From NCBI GenBank assembly GCA_002633005.1, contig NMRA01000096.1, positions 634,097 through 698,096 of the forward strand: 64,000 nt of DNA, given 5' to 3'. Below, piece after piece: positions 14,101 through 26,000 of this stretch. The DNA is from Phoronis australis. Its lineage: Eukaryota > Animalia > Phoronida. A program made the position numbers and the translations under genes. Each line of letters begins with the position of its first letter. Within the stretch, counting starts at the first letter, position 1. Below the pieces are notes generated by a model. It was not told the origin of the DNA. It ran no database searches and was given only the letters and a program-made list of their open reading frames with translations.

Positions 14101-15136
14101 TTCAAGTTCTCACTGCGAGATGGCTTGTATTTCAGCAATCAGCAAGACGTCTACTTGTGATGATGTCACTCTTTAAAACAAATCACATCATTATTTATTG
14201 ACTTTGTTGCTCCAAGTGTTGAACATCCACTCAGAAGCAATCAGACATGCATAACAATGGGGAGATACTTTTTTCCTTTTCATATCAAAACATACATACA
14301 AATGTACAGGTGTACAGGTGTGTAGGATGCTGGTAATGGTGTTCAGAGTCAATTCAGGGTAAACTCTGTAGTTTGCTTTCAGCATGAGTGTAAGTCAGTA
14401 TGTGGCCTCAGTTCGAGTCAGTGTTTTTCTTTAGTATTCAGTGATGACTTATGTAAAGACTTTAGCACATAATTAGAATAATGGGTCTGCTTTTGAAAGA
14501 TGAATTACGCAAAATGACAACTTTAATAAATGATAACTTTAGTGCAAACTTTTACATAGCAAATGGGTGTGCAATTGGGACTGAAGAAAAAGTGACTGCT
14601 TTTAATACAGACTAGTGAGTTTAACGATGGTAACCATTGCTAGCGCTTAATATTTTTGAGAACTTTCGGCATTCACATCAATGTGACCAGCATTTGATAA
14701 TTATGCAATTGTTTTTGCATTTATTAAAACCTTGGTTTATGATTGACTCATTCAGGAGAGGATAACGTATTGGTTTGAGTTAACATTTTGTCTACTGTTG
14801 CAGGTATTGTTTCTCAGAGCTGAGTCCAGTCTGTGCCGTTGTAGGGGGAGTTCTTGGACAAGAAATCATCAAAGTGGGTATTGAATTCTACTTGAAGTGC
14901 TTACTGCTCTATTTTTGAACCCTGCTTTGCCTGGAATTATAGTATATGCGAATCGGCCAATGTAAGAATTGCAAAGTGTCTATGATGTCAATCCTACTTC
15001 AACATTAAGTGGGCTGTGTTGTATAACTGTGTTGTGGTGACTATTGCAGGGTGTATCTCAGAAGGACAGTCCTCACAACAACTTCTTCCTCTATAATGGT
15101 GTTGATGGAAATGGAATGGTGGATTGCTTCGCATAG
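8185..15136 (+). CDS. SAE1: SUMO-activating enzyme subunit 1 (Aos1), 9 coding exons
   Basis: Exons 8185-8276 (ISEAEAELYDRQIRLWGLDAQ), 9924-10035 (LRAAKVLIVGAGGLAAEVAKNIVLAGIKALTFLDH), 10619-10678, 10990-11246 (LNSMVEV...KFYAGDVYGWYGFMFADL), 12337-12436, 12891-12996, 13776-13911, 14804-14873 (FSELSPVCAVVGGVLGQEIIK) and 15050-15136 (SQKDSPHNNFFLYNG...*). GT-AG boundaries. AATAAA near 15878. Confidence 0.95.
9092..9500. repeat. Diverged direct repeat (about 190 bp x2) in SAE1 intron 1
   Basis: 9092-9282 and 9311-9500 share aaaaaataacacacgcgaacagcacccc...gatgtactgaactt...aacaataataaaat. Confidence 0.8.
13070..13580 (+). mobile_element. Penelope-like element fragment (GIY-YIG endonuclease) in SAE1 intron 6
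   Basis: KLKSPIPLLNKSNAVYQVECDNCKEFYIGLTQRRLCDRVLEH is the PLE GIY-YIG pattern (VY...C..C...YIG.T.R.L..R..EH). Confidence 0.85.
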
Positions 15137-16299
15137 TGTTATTGAACATTAGGCAAGAGTTTAAGCTGTGTTTCACTGGTGTTTAGGTGGCAATGTTGAA
15201 CCCTTAACGGTAGTACTTTGGGGTTTGAACATATTACCATGTTCATTCGATCTTATACTATTGCTGAATGAGCTGGCAACTGAAGTTACAGGCAATGTAA
15301 ACAAGTGCCATTTTTGAATCTTGCAATTTTGGGATTGGTCAACCCCAATGGATTGTGAAGCCATTTTTGAGTTGCTGATAGCTTCAGTTCTTGTTGGTAA
15401 CAGAAATAGAATCCTATCACAGTAAGGCTTGTTACAGTGCGGATTTTATGAGTCAGAGTAAAGGACCTAAAGCTTTTCGTTTTTTAACGTTCTGAACGGC
15501 CAAATGCAGCTTTAAGGTTTGGGTACAACTTTGTATTTAATGTACAGTATTCATGAGGTCCCAGCCATTTGTCAAACACTGGTCCTCTACGAGAGGTCAT
15601 GTGACCAGTGATTGCTTCTGGATGAGTCGCAACAAGACTTGTTCAATATTGTTCAAAAACTTTATTTTCCTGATGACAGAAATACAGGAAAGGTTGCTTA
15701 ATTAAGACTTTTTTGTTTCATTTTGTTTTCTTTTTTGATAGCCAAATTGATGGGTGTCTCTTTGAATTGGCACCCTTTTTGAGTATCATTAAGACACCCC
15801 TTTTAAGGCAGGTCATAATGCGCTATGTACTAAGTGAAGGTTGTCATTGTCATTTGTTTGTTCCATTTTTGTACAGAAATAAAATGTAAATGATACAGCT
15901 AATTGTTACGTGCCTACTTTCTCTGATCACTTCTGTTATGGTAAACTGCCCTTTAAGGTAAAAAGGAAAGGAAAGCTAAAAGACCAATCAAAGTGCTCAC
16001 TGCAATACGCTGGTGCAATAGACGTCGGGGTCATGGTCGTTGATGTTCTTGGTTTCACCCTTCATTGACTGGTCCATTGTTTAACTTGTATATTTCACAA
16101 ACTAAGACTTCTTATCAATTTATTATGGAATAAAACTTATAGGGGGGTCCCCGGTCTTCAGCTGCCTTCCAGGCGGGCAACCTATAATACTTTTGACACA
16201 CGAAATTTAATTTCTTGCCTATATCATTTTAATGAGATTAAGTCATTTTAAATTATAAGCAGTTAATAGTTATTCAACATAACAGAAAATCTTTGTCAC

Positions 16300-17850
16300 T
16301 TAACCCGCGCAGGTTTGCTTTGCATATATATGACATCATGTAACAAGTTTATTTCAATTTCTTTATCAGTAATGAAAAGTTTCATCCCCACAGCCAGGAC
16401 ACTTGTTTGATGAATTCTCCGATTATTTTTCAACTCTTCCCAAAACACTTTCAAATTCATCCACGTATCTGAAAATATTGTCTTGAAACATATTCGAGAT
16501 ATCAAGTCTAAATCTCCGTTCTGCCTTGATGGACTGTCAGCAGTTTTTTGAAACAACACTCACAGACACCATTAAAACCTTTGACTCTGATGATAAATCA
16601 ATTTTTGAACACTGGTATTTTTCCCGAAAAATTAAAAATGGCAAAAGTTATTCCGACTTTTAAAGAAAATGAGCTTGAAACCCATACCCTAAACAAGTGT
16701 CACTCTATATCAGTCCTTCCATCTATCCAAGTTTTTTAAAAAAAAAATCGATTACCAGATAATTTGCACATATCGCACACAACACGATATCTTATACACT
16801 TCTCAGTATGGGTTTCCGGCCATTCCCTCGACTGAACAAGCAGCCCTTGAGCTGATCAACAGAATCTATTAATATCTTGATTATAACTTCACCCTGATAG
16901 CTATATTCATGGACTTTTCAAAGGCATGTGACACAATAGACCATAGTACATTACTACAAAAATTAACAAAACGTGAACATCGAAATCAACTGATTTTCTA
17001 ATTATCCACACTATGATGCATACAATAACTTTTCATCGTCATTAAGCATCTCTACTGGGGTTCACCAAGACTCAATATTAGGCCTACTGTTATTCATAAT
17101 TTACCTTAATGGTCTACACTCTGTAACCCCAATGAATGCCCTGATGTACGCTGATGATACTTGCTTACTCACTCCTATAGTTAAGAGCTCGTCGACAGAG
17201 TATACCAACAGCGCAGACTGCATCAACAATCGATTACAAACTATGGCTTTCAGCAAATAAGCTCTCTTTAAACGTTTCAAAAACCAAATGCATCCTATTT
17301 CACTTCAGGCAGAATAGGATAAATAATAACTCAGTCCCCATTGTTAAAATGAATAACACACGTTCATGCGCGCACCCAGCCTAAAAATAATGTTGATTGG
17401 TTGAGTGCTAAGAATTGTTCCTTTGTCAAACTTTGGTAGTTCCTACATTTTCAGTGGATTCTGTCTCGCTTTCTACCGCTTTCTGACTTTGTGTTTCTGT
17501 GAGGCGGACCTTCTTGGCCAGGTGTGCATGATCTCTAACTTACGTACAACACTACAAATTCCTATAGGAATACACATTTCGGACAGTACCCTTTATTGTA
17601 ATGTCTACACAATGGAAACCGCAAGCAATGAAATTTCTAAAGTAAACTGCGTATTATCTAAACTCAAACTATATTCTCACTCACTTCTTACAAATAATAT
17701 ACTACTCTCCCATTCTATCTCAGCTCACATATGGAATAACTGTTTGGGCATTTGAGATTTCATAATCAAGGATAGAATGTTTTAAAAAACTATACAAAAT
17801 GTCAACGAATCTCCGTTTCTTATCTACACTCGCCCAATTTCTAAAACTAA
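16300..17850 (+). mobile_element. Decayed non-LTR retrotransposon (LINE) reverse transcriptase region
   Basis: Frameshifted motifs: LTLMINQFLNTGIFPEKLKMAKVIPTFK, SQYGFR, IFMDFSKACDT.DH, GVHQDSILGLLLFIIYLN, LMYADDT, NKLSLNVSKTK. Confidence 0.85.
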
Positions 17851-17851
17851 A

Positions 17852-20800
17852 AAAAGAGTGACAATTAATTCTTTCATCAGGTGGTTCTTCAAGAAGTTAT
17901 CGCCTTCCTTTAAATTAAAGGTTATACGAATTCATAAAAATAAAAAGAAGGCAATTAATCCCATCCTTATGACCCCACCACAAGTGTCCCCCAATAAGAC
18001 GTGATATAAACAAAAAACAGGAAAAAATTGGTCATGTATGCCATCAGCCGGCCATCTGAGAGTTTGGGCTCCTGTGAAAGAGTATAATAAAGAAACAGGA
18101 AATGGGCAGGGATTCAATACGATACTCATGACCCTGGGTCTATGCGTCAGGCTCAAAGGCTCCAACTCGTATCAAATGATCAACAATTTCAAAAACGGAT
18201 CAAACAGAGAAATGCGAAGTATCTTCTAGAATTAAAAAAAAAACTGAAATTGTTCTGGAATATATGTATGTATTTTTTCTGACTGTATTTCAAGTACGTG
18301 TGATCTACAGACCATTTTCAAGTGGATTTAGAAGATGTGTACTGAAAAATGCTAACCCTCAGCCTCCCAACAAAATGTTTTGGCCAGGACCACAAAGGGC
18401 AAACGCAGCAGTGAGGGCTAGCTGAAAACGGTCTCAAAATTTTCTCCCTTCTGCGTGTTTTACAGTGTCGTTCTTTCAACTGTCCCCTGCCTCTGGCCGT
18501 ATGTTTGTTGTCACGGTTTCAGCCTGACGCTTGCAAACTACTGATGTCTTCTCGGCGTTATCGACTAAATTTTGTGAATAAGAATGGCACTAATACAACT
18601 ATAGATGCTATATTCGTCAGAGGTTGATGATACAATACTATTTAAGGCCTTTCAGCACTTCGAATACGACTGATATATTTACGTGCTCTGCTCACGGCTG
18701 GAAGACAATCTTCCACACTCATTAGCTGGGGCTTGTAAAGCTAACCGACGCCTTTTCCCCGACGTCAGTTCCACTGCGGCTCACTGATACGCTAAATTCG
18801 CCAGAAGGTGAACACCGAGTCGTTAATGGACTAACATCACTCGCGCTGATTTTCATGCAATTGTCATTTGGCATCTTCATCGGATATCCGACCGCCAGGA
18901 GACGCCTTACAGCAAACTCTTCATTTGAACTTTCTTTAGCAACTGTGCGCAGTGTTTCAGACGGGGTAGTTGGAAAGTAAGTCTTAAGCGTTACCATGCC
19001 TTTCCAGAATGGTTTCCTGAGGGGACTCGAAAACTGAAACACTCTAAGGTTGTGTAGATTATGTTGCACGAGGTCGAGATGTCTCTTGGCTTCGAACCAC
19101 ACGCGGGCCAAATTTCCCACGCGGTATGCAAGGGAATGCACATACTTCGAGTCTTGACCCAATAGTCCAAGCTTACGAACTACTATCGCAGCAACGACTA
19201 TCAAAACGAAGGCGACGATTAGGAACCAATAACTTGAAAACCATTGGATTACCAAATCGCCAGCCCTATTAGAAAAGTCACGCATGAACATTTCGGAAAT
19301 GTCTTCAACAGAAGTACAAGTACCATCACTGTCACAGAAACCTTTATCACCATTACACACCTCACCATTTTTTAAAGGGATGCTCTCCACATCGCGTATC
19401 AAATACCTGTTACACACTCCGTCCGCGCCGACGCAACACAGCACGCATAGTTTTGACTTGACTCCTGTACACTGACATTGTCGTTTGCCTGCACGAGAAC
19501 AAAACGTCTGATTGCACACTCCACCTTGACACAAACCATAGTCATGCCCACACTCATGACCATCGGGATAGGGTTGGACTGGTGGGCATTCGGCCGACTT
19601 TCCATCACAAACAGATGCCTGCATGCATTCACTCTCTCTTTCACATACTTTGTGCTCGCCAGGCCCAATCATTTGACACGTGGTTGGATTACAACACGTT
19701 GACGACATGCTGCAAGCTGCTGTCAGTTCGCCTTTTTTGAGAGTACAGGGCTTGCCACTAGTGGAGCCTTTGGGTTCGCAGCAGGGGTCTATGAACTCAC
19801 ACTGGCTCTTATCACCACAATCACACTCCTCGCCGTCCTCCTTCACAGCATTTCCACAAACTGATAAACTGTCGGGTACCAAACACCCTGCGCGATTAAG
19901 AAAGACTTGCCTAATCTGCATCACACTGCAGTACGAGAATAGCTTATGATTGGGTTTCAGACCGGAACCTGCGTACACGTTCATCAGGTAATTACCGACA
20001 TCTCCTCCAGGTGCGCATGCCGCTTGTTTCCAACCTTCGCTGCCGTCATGGGAACTTCCGAACGCATGTCCGAGCTCGTGAGCTACAGTGACTGCCGACA
20101 TAAGCCGCGGAATGGTTCGACCGAAATTGAAGTTTGACACAAAAGCGCTGTTACAACTCTCATATCCACCCGATCTATCAGGAATTTTCTCTGCGCAGAT
20201 ACCGCCTATGCCATTGTCTGCATTGGCTTTGTAGGCCAAACCTATGACAGATTCATCGAAGTCCCGGTAAGTTAAAACGAGTCCTATGCAGTAGTCTTTC
20301 AAATCGTGCTTTCTAGCGAAACTTCTGAGAAACTCTTCCGGTGATGGGTTTTGTTGCACACTAAAATGACTGGTTTTGTATATTGTGATTTTCTGAATTC
20401 TAATGCCTATTTTGTCTATAGTGCCGTCACCGTCGAAATCGGTTGCTCTAAAGATCGCATTGGCCAAGCGAACGTTGTACAGAATCTCTTTGAGAGTGTG
20501 TGGGACACTTTTTTCTGCGACGTGTGAAAAGTACAAATGGTCAGCAAAGATATGGAGAGTACAAACAACGTTGTTTTTAAACTTCACGTTTTTGCGCCTG
20601 CGAGAGTGGGATGTACTCATCGATAAGTTGCGTGTTAGAAAAGGTGGCAATTTCAAGTTCATAGATCCACATTTAGCTGGAAAAAACGGGCTGAAGTCGA
20701 TATCGCTGTTTCGGTAAATGATGGACTTGAAATGACTCGAGTTCAAATACCGCCTTGAGGGCTCAATGAAGTAATATGCATCTGGCGTTATTACTACACC

Positions 20801-21350
20801 ATCAAACTCTGACAGTTTTCCGTCATACCATCCTTGTGCGTAGGAATTAGGATCTCCATCTAAATACCCACTATACAATTGTCCCATGTGAACACTGTCC
20901 GAAAACTTAATAGTCCGTCTTTCTATGTCGTTAACAACGTCAACAGTGGCGTCGTTTCCAACAAGACTGTAATCTGGTTTCAGTTTTAAGTGAATGCGCC
21001 GATGGAACGCGTAGAAATCTACGACATATTCTGTGTTTGACGAAGCGTTGATGTTATACCTTGTCGTGTACGGTGAAAACCGTTTAATTCGCTTGTCAAG
21101 ACTTTCTTCAAATCTGAGGTTGAATATAGGTTGAAAGCACTTAATGACCGTATGGTTTATGGGTAAACAGTTATTAACCAAACCTGTCGAAAACCGTGTG
21201 AACAAGACATAACATGTTGCTACCGAGCCGACGATTGCACTTGGTTTCATTCCCCAGCTTCAACATACGTTTTTCATCATTTTTTAGGCATTGCACATTT
21301 GCATATTGTGTACGCACGAGGCACGTTCGTTTTTAAGATTTTTTCATATT
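17852..21350. repeat. Segmental duplication unit, copy A (ADAM gene plus about 870 bp 3' flank and about 100 bp 5' flank); partner at 39544-43110
   Basis: Collinear similarity to 39544-43110, from aaaagagtgacaatt to tgtgtacgcacgaggcacgt. Confidence 0.9.
18722..21250 (-). CDS. Intronless ADAM10/17-family (Kuzbanian-like) metalloprotease, copy 1, 842 aa
   Basis: Signal peptide; prodomain with Cys switch PAKCG; furin-type RIKR and basic RRRK sites; HELGHAFGSSHD Zn motif and YLM Met-turn; disintegrin CGN..E.GEECDCG; Cys-rich domain; TM WFLIVAFVLIVVAAIVV; cytoplasmic tail. Confidence 0.95.
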   Translation of the reverse strand: MKPSAIVGSVATCYVLFTRFSTGLVNNCLPINHTVIKCFQPIFNLRFEESLDKRIKRFSPYTTRYNINASSNTEYVVDFYAFHRRIHLKLKPDYSLVGNDATVDVVNDIERRTIKFSDSVHMGQLYSGYLDGDPNSYAQGWYDGKLSEFDGVVITPDAYYFIEPSRRYLNSSHFKSIIYRNSDIDFSPFFPAKCGSMNLKLPPFLTRNLSMSTSHSRRRKNVKFKNNVVCTLHIFADHLYFSHVAEKSVPHTLKEILYNVRLANAIFRATDFDGDGTIDKIGIRIQKITIYKTSHFSVQQNPSPEEFLRSFARKHDLKDYCIGLVLTYRDFDESVIGLAYKANADNGIGGICAEKIPDRSGGYESCNSAFVSNFNFGRTIPRLMSAVTVAHELGHAFGSSHDGSEGWKQAACAPGGDVGNYLMNVYAGSGLKPNHKLFSYCSVMQIRQVFLNRAGCLVPDSLSVCGNAVKEDGEECDCGDKSQCEFIDPCCEPKGSTSGKPCTLKKGELTAACSMSSTCCNPTTCQMIGPGEHKVCERESECMQASVCDGKSAECPPVQPYPDGHECGHDYGLCQGGVCNQTFCSRAGKRQCQCTGVKSKLCVLCCVGADGVCNRYLIRDVESIPLKNGEVCNGDKGFCDSDGTCTSVEDISEMFMRDFSNRAGDLVIQWFSSYWFLIVAFVLIVVAAIVVRKLGLLGQDSKYVHSLAYRVGNLARVWFEAKRHLDLVQHNLHNLRVFQFSSPLRKPFWKGMVTLKTYFPTTPSETLRTVAKESSNEEFAVRRLLAVGYPMKMPNDNCMKISASDVSPLTTRCSPSGEFSVSVSRSGTDVGEKASVSFTSPS

Positions 21351-21354
21351 CCGG

Positions 21355-22015
21355 GGTATGATTTTAAAACATATTCAAAATCTTATGTGTAAACCTTATT
21401 TAGGTCTTGATGGACTGTCATTTTTTCAAAACACCACTAACACACAGCATTTTTAAAAACTTTTGACCCTGATGATAAACCAATCTTCGGACACGGGTAT
21501 TTTTCTCTACAAAGTAAAATAGCAAAAGTTAGTCCGATTTTAAGGAAAATGACCTTGATCCCAATACAAGGATCGCCCTACATCAGTCCTCTCATTTTTC
21601 TCCAAACTTTGAAAAAATTGGTTACCAGCAAATTTACATTGTTTATACAACATGATATCTTATACACTTCTCAGTATGGGTTTCGGACCAATCACTCGAC
21701 TACTAAACAAGTAGCCCTTGAACTGATCAACAGAATCTATGATGATCTTGATAAGAAGTTCGCCCCAAAAACTATATTCATGGACCCCCCAAAGGCATGT
21801 GACACACTAGACCATAATACATTACTGCAAAATTTAACAAATTATGAACACAGAACTTAACTGGTTTTCTGGTTATCTACACAATAGGCGACTATATGTC
21901 GCATACAATAACATTTCATCTTCATTATCAAGCATCTTTACTGGGGTTCCCCGTGACTCAATATTAGGTCCACATTAATGATCTACACTCTGTTACCCCA
22001 ATTAATGTTCTTATT
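21355..22015 (+). mobile_element. Second LINE RT fragment, direct repeat of about 16480-17130
   Basis: Nearly the same sequence as the left LINE: cttgatggactgtca...gatatcttatacacttctcagtatgggtttc...aaggcatgtgacac...tactggggtt. Confidence 0.85.
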
Positions 22016-22419
22016 TTTCAGAAAATCCCACTGCCAAAAATTGCCGTGAATCAGGTTTCAAGCTCCTTAGCTCGGTTTAACTACATATTAATAAACCATA
22101 AAAATGGTTCCAAGTGATCGGTGCAATGGGCCCTCATGCGCCGGTAAAACGTTATCATGCAGTTCCTGATTTAAACAAGGGCCTCGTTTTTTAATTTTGG
22201 TCCGGTATAAATAACACCACAGACCTGGAAGTCCAGCGAAACACTTCTACCTTACAAATGTGATAATCCCTAATCTTAGAAAATTTGAGCACTCGGCAAA
22301 AGATAATAATGATGAAATTCTGGTGATAATAATCACCAACTTGAAATAGTTGGTAAAATGAAGCCCATTCGAGTAAGCACCATGTGGGTTCCTATGCCAA
22401 CCCAATATATGGTAGAACC

Positions 22420-22579
22420 CAGGGGCGGATCCAGGATTTTGAGTTGGGGGGGGGGCAGGGCAGAGTATTAGCCAGGATTTTGCCCGTCAGACATTCGCAC
22501 CCCCGTACTGCCAAATGGAATGTGGGAGAATTTTAAGGGGGGCCATGGCCCTCTTGGCCCCCCTCTAAATCCGCCACTG
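22420..22579. mobile_element. MITE with CAGGGGCGGAT...ATCCGCCACTG termini and 5-bp TSD (gaacc)
   Basis: Terminal inverted repeats with gaacc on both sides. Related copy at 26075-26338. Confidence 0.7.
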
Positions 22580-23013
22580 GAACCCAATAAGCTCAAGTTG
22601 CGGCCAAATCAGGATGACCATAAATAAGGAAGTTTACTGTATCCACATTGGCCAAATAAGAATAAGATACAAAGTGTTGCTACAGTGCACACGTGCACGA
22701 TATTTGGTCTATCATTTTCCTGCCGTGCATGAACCAATCAGATCACCAATGTCGCAAAGTTTTCGAAAACAGCTCGATTTTTAGGGAGTCCTGTTACTGC
22801 TTTATTTTCAAATCTTTATTGTGTTCGGCCTACATTTAATTTATTTTCTGTTCAACTCAGTCAGGCCACTTAATATGAATGCATTCAACACGATTAATGC
22901 ATTGTAAAAACCAAAAGTTATGCTCTATCAACATTAAACAAAATCAGTACATCCCTTTCTTAAAAATGGGTTAAAAGTTAGAAACAAAGGACACAAGTTT
23001 CCATCACTTGCAA

Positions 23014-26000
23014 TAGTCCGGGAGCCAAATGCTGTTTTTTTACTTAACCTGGTTTTGCCGGATAAAGTTTTTCTTTACTGTTTCATGTAACCTAGGGTTT
23101 GGTAATCAGAAATCAGGCGGGTGACTGTTCCCAAGCCTTGAGGATTTTTTAAATATGCAGATTAAGGTCGCCATAATACAAAATTTTATTTTTGCCTATA
23201 ATTTCCTTATCAAGAACTCCAGGCAGATTATATTGATGTTTTACCCATGTTTCCATGGTCAGTGAATTTAATGGAGCAAGTTTGTTGGTGAATACATTGT
23301 CAATTTGCATAATTTATGCAAATTGAGACCCCCATTATGCAAAATTCTATTTTTTCTTATAATTTCCTTACCAAGTACTGCAAGCAGGTTATTTTGATAC
23401 TTTCACCCATGTTTCCATGGTCAATGAATTTCATAGTGAAAGTTTTTGGGTGGATAATCGTCAATTTGCATAATTTATGCAAATTAAGGCCACCATTATT
23501 CAAAAGTTTACTTGTTCTAATAGCTATGGCACCAATCATCACAGGTGAATTATCATATTTGCACCTATGTTTCTATGGTCAATTAGTTCAATGAAATCAG
23601 TTTGCATGTTGATGCATGATAAATTTGCATAATTAATGCAAAATAAGGCCACCATTATTCAAAGGTATTTGTTGCTAAAGCTCCCTTACCAAGCACTGCA
23701 GACAGGTTACTTTAATGTTTTCACCCATGCTCCCATGGTCAGTGAATTTAATGGACCTCGTTTGCTAGTAGATACATCGTGAATTTGCTTAATATATGCG
23801 TAATATATGCAAATTAAGGCTGCCATTATTCAAAATTCTACTTTGCTTATAGCTGAAGTACCAGGCACCCCAAGTGAACTATTTTAACGTCTTTACCCAT
23901 GTTTCTGCATGATGAATTTTCATATTTTATACAAATAATGGACACCACTAATCCAAATACTGTTTCTGCTCTTAATTTCCTTGCATGCGTTACATGTAGA
24001 TTATTTTCGAATTTATCTCATGTTTTTGATAATTTACGCAAATTACAGCTGCCATATTCAAAATTCTACTTGTGCTTATAACTGCTGCATCAGACACCAG
24101 AGGTTAGTTATAAATATTTGCACCCATGTTTCAGTGGTCAATGAATTTAATGAAATCTGTTTGCAGAATCTCCTTTTTGATGAAGTAAGAAAATATTTTG
24201 TGTAGTATGTGTTCTGCAGTTTGAGACCTTTAACTTAAAAAAAAGATATTGCCTATAGCCCTGCGCTCTCACAGACCATAGAAAAAGTGCAAATTAGTTT
24301 AATGACTTGGATGAATGCTGGAGTGGGGCTCGGAGCGATCAGTTTATAGGGACCACATTGATGAGGTACGAATACAGTAGTGAGGGAATAGTAGGGAATC
24401 GCCCTCAAAGAGGAGAATCTTAAGCTTTGGGCACAATTTGACATTTGTCCTATAAGATTGAAACAAATCTTGGAAAGATGGAGAGCGGTAACGTTAGATC
24501 CTGTTCTAAAACTTATCACACGGAAGAAAGTAAGGCACGTCTTGATGCACAAGCCCAGGATATTGCACGGATCTGTCAAAAGTAGATACCAGCATCGATC
24601 TATTGGATCCCAATGTTCACCCCAAAGACGCAGTGGTTAACATTAGCATGACAGGATTGCCACTTCAACAGTTAACGTACATGAAACAATAAGCATTCGG
24701 CACGCAATGTTATCAGACTTCGAGAAAGGCTGCCAGAACGTTAGGAACACAAGTAGGCAATCACTAATAGAGATCCTTGTCCTTTAATGTAGTACAAGGA
24801 TATTGGAGATCGAGACATCCCATGAAGAAGTTTGCTCCATTATTGTCCAACAGGACGTGAAATGTGCATATGAACTTAACAAATTTTAGGTTGTTTCGGA
24901 TGACAAAAATGTATTTGTCCTTCATGTCCATTACCAAGACAAGGAACAGGTTCAAATACCACAACCATGAAATCATGTAGTAAGCGTAGAACAGTCGAAC
25001 ACAGTGAAAACATATAGCGATATTGTGAAGGCCTCCTCCTTGGCCATGCACTGTTGGGGTGTAACACGTTGGCATGCTACCGTGGAGTTGGAAAGGGATC
25101 CATCGTTAAAATATTGAAGACTGAACATGACATACCTGTCATCGGCACTAGTAATGCGCATTTTTCTGATGTCATGAAACAGGCCACTAAATGTATATGC
25201 ACCTGTTATGGAAAGAAGAGAATAAGGAAGATATCATGAACCAGACTACTGGTATGTGGAAGAGAAATTGCAAGAAAGATATATCCGCCACCAAACTGTC
25301 ACCGAGAATAGAGGCATTCAAAGAGAACGTAAACGTAAACAGAGCCCATTACCAGTCAGTCATGTGGTGGAATGTCACCAGCTCTAGATCCAGAAGACTA
25401 AGGATGGAAGAAAGATGCCACAAACAAATCACTCTCACCATCTATTAATCCGGATCGTGTCCAACTCGCTCCTATTGCATACTAGTGATGATTAGGTGTG
25501 ACTGCAAAGGTCAGATTTCACAAAATTCAAGTAGATGCAATTGCAGCTTCAATTTTCTACCCGCACAATATTTTGGGCACATTATACTGTAGTGTGCTCA
25601 TTTTCCGAGTGTTGAATTAGCATTTGAAACGTCTTGTGACTGCTCTCCATTCGATAGGATATTGCCCTAGGTTTATGCAGTTAAGCAATTTGGTCATCTA
25701 CTACTGCATATACCCTGGGTATCAGACAAAACTAGAATTTGTAATGTTGCGTAATAAATTACAAATTATTTAAATTTATGATGTAATAACAGATTACATT
25801 AAATTCATCGGTAAAAATACCAAAATAATTTACATGTGGTGCCCCCCCGTAAGAAAGTTAAGAGCAGAAACAGAATTTTTGATAATGGCTGCCTTTATTT
25901 GCATAAATTATGCTAATTTATCGTGCAACTTGCAAACTGATTTCATTAAACTAATTGACCATAGGAACATAGGTTCAAATATCATGAGACTTTACCTGTG

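Noticed and set aside
14441-14584. Possible intronic C/D box snoRNA in SAE1 (GTGATGA...CTGA)
   Set aside because: The spacing is long, there is no independent terminal stem, and no recognisable rRNA guide.
19284-20717. Antisense ORFs conserved between ADAM copies (e.g. SPQSHSSPSSFT)
   Set aside because: These are shadow frames of conserved ADAM codons, also seen at 41439 and 49552. No independent evidence of coding.
23140-24060. CRISPR-like or satellite array of repeated palindromes
   Set aside because: Eukaryotic context; the units are degenerate subterminal repeats mirrored in the opposite arm of the Academ element.
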